A DNA stretch of 64,000 nt from a virus (taxonomy: Duplodnaviria > Caudoviricetes), in the IMG/VR virus record IMGVR_UViG_3300033121_000711, positions 1-64,000 of that record. One strand, given 5' to 3'. Position numbers and translations under genes: made by a program. The notes below the pieces were generated by a model that saw only the letters and a list, made by a program, of their open reading frames with translations, was not told the DNA's origin and did no database searches. Below, in pieces: positions 57,960 to 64,000 of the stretch. Numbering within the stretch: the first letter of the stretch is position 1; each line of letters starts with the position of its first letter.

Positions 57960-58714
57960 AACGAATACTTCTCAGTTAAGTATGCTGCAACGGTATCACG
58001 ATCAGTTTCAGGTAAAACGCTATTGTATATTAGTAATGCGGCCAAATCACCATTCCACAGATTAGTTGTAGGTGATATTGCTGCCGAGCCAGATACTAAA
58101 AATCCGTTTGTACCAGTGGTAATATTTCTATTAGCGGTCCCCGTTGACGCACCTAACTTCACATCAATCGTCATGTTACTGCCTGATGGTCCGGCAGACC
58201 ACCAGATAAATAAGCCCCACGCTGTCGTATAAGTTACTCCAGTAGATTGTTGCCCTGTTCCTGCTTGTAGCAGGGACAGAGCTGCAACAGAATTATGACA
58301 TAATGTTGCAGAACCTGAAGAAGCATGTGAGGTTAATGTTTTTGTTGCATTTGTGTTATTAGCTTTTGCAACCTGAAAGACTGTAAAAGCCGAATTTAAT
58401 GGCAGATAACCTGAACGATACAACGAATCATCTGACCCATCAAAACGTAAAACAGGATAACCATTAAATTGTAATAGTGGCCGTCTAGCATCTGATTGTG
58501 CTGTTACGTGGCGATTATTACCAGATTGATCAAGCCATGTTCCAACTGGATCTGTAGCTACACTTGCCACGGTCACATGGCTAGATCGTTCTTGATATAA
58601 GCCAAAATCTGTTTCTAACCACAGATTTAAGCCAGAGATTTGTGATGGCGTAAAAGTTCTACGTCTTTTCACAAATAAATTTAATGTCTTCGACAGTGAA
58701 AACGGATTTTTCAT
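57956..58714 (-). CDS. LamG/concanavalin A-like protein
   Basis: P.QISGL.LWL, W.DQSGN.RH, FDGSDD, GDLA...IYN..L. Confidence 0.7.
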   Translation of the reverse strand: MKNPFSLSKTLNLFVKRRRTFTPSQISGLNLWLETDFGLYQERSSHVTVASVATDPVGTWLDQSGNNRHVTAQSDARRPLLQFNGYPVLRFDGSDDSLYRSGYLPLNSAFTVFQVAKANNTNATKTLTSHASSGSATLCHNSVAALSLLQAGTGQQSTGVTYTTAWGLFIWWSAGPSGSNMTIDVKLGASTGTANRNITTGTNGFLVSGSAAISPTTNLWNGDLAALLIYNSVLPETDRDTVAAYLTEKYSL

Positions 58715-58977
58715 ACTATGATCCAGAATATTAGATCGCCATTAGTTCCAGCTAATGCGTAAAGATCTGAAAGATTGGCTCCCGGAAGAAAGATACCGTC
58801 TCCGGGAGCCAATTGGAAGCCTTTTGTAGCCGAAACATTACTTTTGCCGATATACATATTAGTTGAATTATCGGCGTCTGCTTTTAACTGTATGCCAGAG
58901 ATTAGTGGACTTGGTGTATTGGTATAGATTTGAGTAGCAGTTGAATTCGAGATTTCAGTCGATCCAAACTCTAGCAT
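58711..58977 (-). CDS. small jelly-roll virion decoration-like protein
   Basis: LKAD.DN...YIG...V....GF.L.PG; GAGG RBS before ATG 58977. Confidence 0.6.
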   Translation of the reverse strand: MLEFGSTEISNSTATQIYTNTPSPLISGIQLKADADNSTNMYIGKSNVSATKGFQLAPGDGIFLPGANLSDLYALAGTNGDLIFWIIV

Positions 58978-59055
58978 TTCAATATCCTCATTGCAAGCCA
59001 GGGGCTGCAATTCTTACACAAGATATTTGCAGATCACCCCCTTTACTGCTATTTC

Positions 59056-59172
59056 TCTCATATCTGTGCACGCTTTTTGGACCAAATTTTGACAGTGTTA
59101 GTTCCCTCATATAGAGATACTGCCTTTTACAGAAAATTTCTACAGCTATTTTTGGCCCAAAAAGCGTGCACG
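59056..59172. repeat. ~21-bp inverted repeat GTGCACGCTTTTTGG(A/G)CCAAA flanking the late promoter; third copy at 63980-64000
   Basis: 59056-59076 (+), 59151-59172 (-), 63980-64000 (+). Confidence 0.8.
59117..59143 (-). promoter_or_regulatory. phage-specific promoter motif copy 5 (GTAGA-N17-AGTAT), head of the late operon
   Basis: Matches the consensus and points into the structural operon. Confidence 0.7.
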
Positions 59173-59216
59173 CGTACCGTAGGTACGCGTAAAATCAAAT
59201 CCGTTTCAACTTTTTA

Positions 59217-59243
59217 GTAAATTTTTTCTTAAAAGTGTCGTAT
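59217..59243 (+). promoter_or_regulatory. phage-specific promoter motif copy 6 (GTAAA-N17-CGTAT)
   Basis: Matches the consensus; divergent from copy 5. Confidence 0.6.
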
Positions 59244-59281
59244 AGGTAGGTGAGGGTATAAATTTTTTAGATTTGATTTTC

Positions 59282-59370
59282 AAAATCGCGATTTTGAAAA
59301 TCGCGATTTTGAAAATGCAAAATGCAAAAATGCTTTTTGTTTCTTGCTCTTGTTTCTTGTTTCTTGTTTA
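59282..59370. repeat. tandem palindromes and short repeats
   Basis: (AAAATCGCGATTTTG)x2, (AAAATGC)x3, (TTGTTTC) repeats. Confidence 0.75.
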
Positions 59371-59472
59371 AAAATTTATAATTCTGGCATAGAGTGGGGC
59401 ACCGGCTGGACCGCTGTACACTGCCATTTTCACAGCTGGCCACGCTCCCCTCCTGGGGGCCTAACCGGGGAC

Positions 59473-59502
59473 TTGCTTTCAACCCTGGCAGTATGATATA
59501 AT
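59473..59502 (+). promoter_or_regulatory. sigma70-type early promoter (extended -10)
   Basis: TTGCTT-N18-TATAAT with TG at the extended -10 position. Confidence 0.6.
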
Positions 59503-59668
59503 GGGGGTGTAAGGAAGAGAGGGTGGCTCGTGGGAGCCAGACGGAGAGCGAGTGCCACGCGTTACTCACAGTGGGAGTGCGTGCCTTTCTCAGAAGAGCC
59601 TAAGCTGGCTCCCCACAAGCGAGCCCTTTCAACCTTGCAGGGGATAACTACGTCAAGAGGGTCATGCT

Positions 59669-59806
59669 ATGTACATCTGGGAGGTAGGGGTTGACGGTGA
59701 TACCGTCGGCGGTATCTACACGCAAACATCGTGCATCTTCAACGCTATCGTAGTGGCCCGTGAAGCGTTCGGCCCGAACGCTGTCCCATTCATCATCTGG
59801 AGGTAA
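59669..59806 (+). CDS. small early protein (45 aa)
   Basis: GAGG RBS; MYIWEVGVDGDTVGGIYTQTSCIFNAIVVAREAFGPNAVPFIIWR. Confidence 0.5.
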   Translation: MYIWEVGVDGDTVGGIYTQTSCIFNAIVVAREAFGPNAVPFIIWR

Positions 59807-59986
59807 CGCTTAGCGGCGTCGGCACCGTGATCGTCGCGACCTATCTGGTGGTCGCGATCGTGGCCTGGGGGTCAACCCGCCCATGACCCTAGGCATCATC
59901 GTCGCCCTTGTCGTGATCGAGCGGATTGTCGCGAGCCGAGACGTTCGGCTCGCGGAACGGCACCGGGAAATTTTTTGGAGGAACGC

Positions 59987-60015
59987 TTGACAGCCGGCCG
60001 TTACTGGCCTAAGAT
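59987..60015 (+). promoter_or_regulatory. strong sigma70-type early promoter
   Basis: TTGACA-N17-TAAGAT with an upstream A/T tract. Confidence 0.8.
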
Positions 60016-60020
60016 GTATA

Positions 60021-60364
60021 TACCGGGAAAGGGAACGCACAGCGGTTCGAGTCCGCTACCCGGGCCTTGCCCACACCTTGTCTTGTTAAGGAGTCCGCGT
60101 AGCTTTTGAGGATCATGATCCCTAGCGGTCGTGTATCCGTGGTCTAGCGAACCTTCTAATTGGCGAGCCGTCCGGAACGGTCAACCCCGGTAGGGGAGAT
60201 ACGGGCCAAGCCGTGTGAACTGCTGTGTCACGGTAGGCTTATGAGGCGGGATACGCTGGTGACATTGAAAGCCAGGAACCGCTGACACCTTGTCCGCAAG
60301 GGAGCAATACGGAACCGCCGACCGTGGTGAAACTCCACGGCCAAGGAGCGGTCCCGGTATAACC
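60021..60364 (+). ncRNA. candidate large structured non-coding leader RNA beginning with a tRNA-like minihelix
   Basis: No ORF in the track; T-arm AGCGG-TTCGAGT-CCGCT closed by CCGGG/CCCGG; many stems including GCAA and TGAAA loops. Confidence 0.6.
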
Positions 60365-60890
60365 GGGGGATAGGCAAAGGGGCTGGACTCTTAACTCTTA
60401 AGAGAAAGGCCAGTCCGATGATTACCAGCTATAAGAACCAAGTCTGCGTCCGTGAGTCAGTCGAAATGGGTCGGACCTACGAGATCCGCTTCTACACTAA
60501 CCCGGAAGGGGAGGTCTACGGTATCAGCGTCTCGCTGGCCACCAGCGGGAACTGGAACTGGACGAAGAATGTCGGGTCGTATGACGACTGGCAAATTAAG
60601 ACTCGGGTCGAAGATGCGGCCATCGAGGCCGGACTCACGATCCCGGCGTACCTCTGGTACGTCGAGCCAGAATGCGAAAGTTTCTGGCTTGTCGTAATCA
60701 ACGAGAACATGAACGACTTCAATGCTCGGGTCGTCAACGATACCGAGTACATCCCGTTCACAAACGAGCGTATCTACACCGCATGCCGAGAGCTGGATAC
60801 GGCTCTCGAACAACTCGAGGAAGCGAAAAGCTACCTCGCAGAACGTTTCGGTCGCTAATCACCTCAGTCCAGCCTCTCTGCCTGTCCCCC
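60365..60890. repeat. inverted repeat pair 1 (25 bp) enclosing ORF 60418-60858
   Basis: 60365-60389 / 60866-60890; 22 WC pairs, 2 G-U, 1 A-C. Confidence 0.9.
60418..60858 (+). CDS. early hypothetical protein
   Basis: ORF with a purine-rich RBS. Confidence 0.7.
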   Translation: MITSYKNQVCVRESVEMGRTYEIRFYTNPEGEVYGISVSLATSGNWNWTKNVGSYDDWQIKTRVEDAAIEAGLTIPAYLWYVEPECESFWLVVINENMNDFNARVVNDTEYIPFTNERIYTACRELDTALEQLEEAKSYLAERFGR

Positions 60891-60909
60891 CTGTTGTACA
60901 TGGGAATAG

Positions 60910-61278
60910 CGTAGGATCCGTACAAACGGGCCGTCAACAGAATGGACGGTCAAGATGTACGAGACATATACTTCTGACGGCGAATTTCTGGAGTTCTACG
61001 ATAGCGTCATGGACGCTATCCTAGGGACTCTGAAATACTGGCCTGAGGACAACAACCCTAAGACGGTCGTTGTCCGTAACCCGGAAGGCATAGACCTTGC
61101 CACGATAGCGGCAAGGTCATGTTATGAGGCGGTAGTAGTAACGGCCGACCACATTGAAGTGGTCAGCCAGATTAACTACTGCGATGGCCGCATCGTCGCG
61201 ACAACCATGCTAAGAAATGGCCATCAGTTCAAGATCAACCACTAACAGGGTTGACGGCCCGTCTGTACGGATCCTACG
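60910..61278. repeat. inverted repeat pair 2 (29 bp) enclosing ORF 60955-61245
   Basis: 60910-60938 / 61250-61278; one mismatch. Confidence 0.92.
60955..61245 (+). CDS. early hypothetical protein
   Basis: ORF track. Confidence 0.7.
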   Translation: MYETYTSDGEFLEFYDSVMDAILGTLKYWPEDNNPKTVVVRNPEGIDLATIAARSCYEAVVVTADHIEVVSQINYCDGRIVATTMLRNGHQFKINH

Positions 61279-62560
61279 TTGGGTGTGGTGTCTCCGCCAA
61301 TACCCCGGATAGTATAATCCCGGATTTTCAACATCAGAGTTTCTACTATCCGGTAGACTGCGTGTGCAGTCTACCTTAACTATGTTCGAGCCGGTTGGCT
61401 CGAAACTGTTCAGGAGTGTATATCATGGCGAAGAACATCACGAAAACCGTTTCGATCGACACCTTGATCGTGGACTTCAAGACCAATGTGCGTCTGGCGT
61501 CCAACTACGATCTCCCGGCAATGGAGCAGTCCATTGTCGAGAAAGGGAGGATCGAGGATGCGATACATGCCAGACTGTGTGACGGCGTTGTCCTTCGGGG
61601 TAATCGTCGCACGCTCGCAGGGCAGAAACTGCTGAAGGATCCCGCCACCCCGCAAGAGGTGGTCGCTAACCTGAAAAAGGTCGTCGTGATCTATCACGAC
61701 GTGGCACCGGGATCAGCGGAGGAGCTGTCCATTGTCCTCGATCACGGTAGCCAGAAGAAGCTGTGCAAGACGGAAGTCTTGTTGAGCGTCTGGCGGCTCG
61801 ATCGCCAGTTCCAGAGCGAGATGCAGATCATCAACCGACTGTACTTCGCTCTGGCGGAGTACACTCGTCGCCAGGAAAAGGCGATCGAGGCTAGCAAGAT
61901 CGTGTCTCTCAAGGAGAGGCAGGACTACCTCCGATCGTGGTTGCACGGAACCGTCGGCAACTATATGTTGGCCGGCAACAAGATGGGCGAGTACGTGCGT
62001 CAGCAGATGGAATTGACCCACATGGCCGAAGACGGCCTACTCCCGCAAGGTGTTACGGTCGAGTGCAAGATCGACCGGACTAGAATGACGAAACTGTCCG
62101 CCGCGAAAGAAGCGGACAGCGACGCCAAGAAGGGCGGAAAGGGCTGGACGTACGAGGCTGGCGGCGAGAAGTTCAATGAACTTCTCGAAACGTTCAAGGC
62201 CGAGGATCGTGGCGAAGTCGAGAAGGAGAAGAAAAGCCGGCCTTCCCCGAAGGAGTTGAAGGATCGGGCAAACTCCTTCAAGAGCCCTGCCATCAGGTCT
62301 GCCCTGATGGTTGCGGCCGGAGAGGTTGAACACGGCAAGGATCTCGTGGAGCTGGATGACCGTCTGCATCGTATGCAGATGGTCACGGATACGCTGTCCA
62401 AGCGTATCGGAGAGATCGCCGACGAAAAGATCGTTGCCCTCATCAAGGCCATCATCGGCGATGGACCGGCCGGTGAAATTGAATTGGCGATCAACAAGAT
62501 CGTCGGCAAGTAAAGTAAGTTAGCCCCTATCCGGGGTATTGACGAAGCCACCACACCCAA
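61279..62560. repeat. inverted repeat pair 3 (34 bp) enclosing ORF 61425-62513
   Basis: 61279-61312 / 62527-62560; three mismatches. Confidence 0.92.
61425..62513 (+). CDS. divergent ParB/Srx N-terminal domain protein
   Basis: NVR...Y.LPAM..SI...G, VLRGNRR..A; AGGAG RBS. Confidence 0.75.
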   Translation: MAKNITKTVSIDTLIVDFKTNVRLASNYDLPAMEQSIVEKGRIEDAIHARLCDGVVLRGNRRTLAGQKLLKDPATPQEVVANLKKVVVIYHDVAPGSAEELSIVLDHGSQKKLCKTEVLLSVWRLDRQFQSEMQIINRLYFALAEYTRRQEKAIEASKIVSLKERQDYLRSWLHGTVGNYMLAGNKMGEYVRQQMELTHMAEDGLLPQGVTVECKIDRTRMTKLSAAKEADSDAKKGGKGWTYEAGGEKFNELLETFKAEDRGEVEKEKKSRPSPKELKDRANSFKSPAIRSALMVAAGEVEHGKDLVELDDRLHRMQMVTDTLSKRIGEIADEKIVALIKAIIGDGPAGEIELAINKIVGK

Positions 62561-62571
62561 AAGGAGGAAGT

Positions 62572-62748
62572 ATGAGTGCATGGGCATACGTCAAGAAAGA
62601 TCTTGACGTATGGCGGTACTGTATGAGCCGATACTTCGCACTATGCGAACGTATCGGCGGAACCGAATGTGCAAAAAGGTGTGTTCGACACCTTTTCAAG
62701 AGATGTGTCGCGGAACAGGTTCACACAATCCTGGAGTTAGTATCATGA
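62572..62748 (+). CDS. small hypothetical protein
   Basis: AGGAGG RBS; MSAWAYVKK... Confidence 0.6.
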   Translation: MSAWAYVKKDLDVWRYCMSRYFALCERIGGTECAKRCVRHLFKRCVAEQVHTILELVS

Positions 62749-62909
62749 AGATCCAGACGACTGGTAGGTTCATCAGTGTTTGCGAGCCCAACCAAGGTCG
62801 CACGTATGATGAAAATGGGCGTTTGCTTACGCGATCGCTCGTTACTGGGCGATCCCGCAAGCTGAACAAAAAGCTTCACGCACGCAAACTAAGGCGTGAA
62901 GTTATTTAG
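62745..62909 (+). CDS. small basic hypothetical protein
   Basis: GGAG RBS, ATGA overlap. Confidence 0.55.
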   Translation: MKIQTTGRFISVCEPNQGRTYDENGRLLTRSLVTGRSRKLNKKLHARKLRREVI

Positions 62910-62996
62910 TCCACATCCGGGGTAGCGATCATCCCCCGCTACTGAAACATAGGGGATGAACGGAGACACCACATTTGTTTCCCGGAGTGAAAAAGC

Positions 62997-63200
62997 ATGA
63001 AACGTCTCATAACGTTTGATATCGGAGACCGTTTCCGGTATCAGAACTGTATATTCGAGGTGAAAGAGTTCGTATACAATAACGGACTCTTGTCCCATTT
63101 GGATTGTATCCTGGTGAGGTTTTTCTCAAACAATAAGTGGGTCTTTCCCGCAAACATTGTTGAGCAATTCTCACCGGAATTGCTTGTGGAGCTCAAATGA
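62997..63200 (+). CDS. small hypothetical protein
   Basis: GGAG RBS; F.IGD.F motif. Confidence 0.55.
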   Translation: MKRLITFDIGDRFRYQNCIFEVKEFVYNNGLLSHLDCILVRFFSNNKWVFPANIVEQFSPELLVELK

Positions 63201-63904
63201 TAATGTTTACACTGTTTCTGGGCATAATTCTGTATATTGTGCTCAGAATGCAAAAGTAAACCCGTGAGCCTAGCTAAACTAGGTGGTTCCGTGTTTATTG
63301 AAAACGGAACCACGAGTCAAGGAAAAGCTACATGCTGATAATCACCCCGAAACAATGGAATGAGGCTACAATAAACGCCAGGTTGCGTTCATTGGGCTAC
63401 TGTGAACTACGATATGTTCAGGTATATCGGTTCAATATACCGCATACTTGAAATGCTCCCGGAGACGGTTCATTGTATCCGTCTAATGTGTTGAGGATTG
63501 GTGTATCACGGAACAAAAAGCCGTGAATATACCAAACAACGTCGTAGTGAAAAAAGTCAATAGGTTATTCCGGGAGCATGTTTGGGTAGATTCAGACGGT
63601 AACGTCTGGGATTATCCGAAAGACGATTGCGTAAAAAAGGAGGTATACACTGCGAATTAATCGGAACGCTCTATTGGAAACTTTTGGACTACCCCAAAAA
63701 ATTCCGGCAGAGTATACGGCGGTTTTCTACAATGTGGAAAACTGGTCGTTTTGTAAGACTTATAGCGAGCGTGAACTGATCGGGACAATTTTGTCATTCT
63801 CCCGTCTCGGAAAAAGAAACATCGTGTTTATGTTGAATGTTCTTGCGGTCGTTTGATAACGACTGGCAAGTTCAAACAACACAGGTGCCTAAAGGCACGC
63901 AAAT

Positions 63905-63940
63905 AAAAATGGCCGGTATTGTACAATACCGGCCATTTTT
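63905..63940. terminator. intrinsic terminator
   Basis: AAAAATGGCCGGTATTG-ta-CAATACCGGCCATTTTT. Confidence 0.85.
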
Positions 63941-64000
63941 TGATTTGACCAAGCTAACTAGCTTGGTCCAAGCCAATTCGTGCACGCTTTTTGGCCCAAA

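Noticed and set aside
59267-59569. 100-aa minus-strand ORF (and 59810-60040)
   Set aside because: They run across repeats and promoters with low-complexity translations; likely spurious.
60021-60364. RNase P RNA, group II intron or a full tRNA
   Set aside because: No GAGGAAAGTCC/P4, no domain V, and no D or anticodon arm; only loose loop similarity.
60365-62560. IS elements or integron cassettes
   Set aside because: No transposase or integrase, no evident target duplications, arms unrelated to each other, and no attC-type structure between the genes.
62974-63580. Further panhandle pairs (TCCCGGAG / TCCGGGAG)
   Set aside because: Only 11-12 bp with ambiguous partners; too short to claim.

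Overview
This 64 kb window is most of the genome of a tailed dsDNA phage, probably a siphovirus. The host is most likely a planctomycete (Gemmataceae-like), inferred from a TIGR02996-like domain fused to an FGE/SUMF1 domain and from planctomycete-type secreted c-type haem proteins. Layout: (1) 1-20.4 kb, minus strand: DNA metabolism and accessory genes (PD-(D/E)XK nuclease, tRNA-Leu, denV-like glycosylase, sigma factor, NYN protein, class II ribonucleotide reductase, VRR-NUC, family A DNA polymerase, SNF2 helicase, two ParB-like proteins). (2) 20.8-26.2 kb, plus strand: primase-helicase, dNMP kinase, Dam methylase, DEDD exonuclease. (3) 26.2-59.0 kb, minus strand: late operon with a GpA-type terminase, portal, scaffold, P22-like coat, two paralogous tail tubes, a G/T frameshifted chaperone, tape measure and tail tip, headed by an unusual cluster of two CxxCH haem proteins, a pro-matrixin and lectin-like proteins. 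(4) 59.4-64 kb, plus strand: a GC-richer early region driven by sigma70-type promoters. The most striking unexplained structure is in the early region. A ~340-nt highly structured non-coding RNA starting with a tRNA-like minihelix is followed by three consecutive genes, each enclosed by its own 25-34 bp inverted repeat. In two of them the upstream arm can alternatively fold over the ribosome-binding site, suggesting long-range RNA-pairing control or processing of each mRNA. Six copies of a GT(A/T)(G/A)A-N17-(A/C)GTA promoter-like motif and ten copies of an AAATCAAATC-type box mark the intergenic regions. All family assignments come from motif recognition by eye; no database searches were run.
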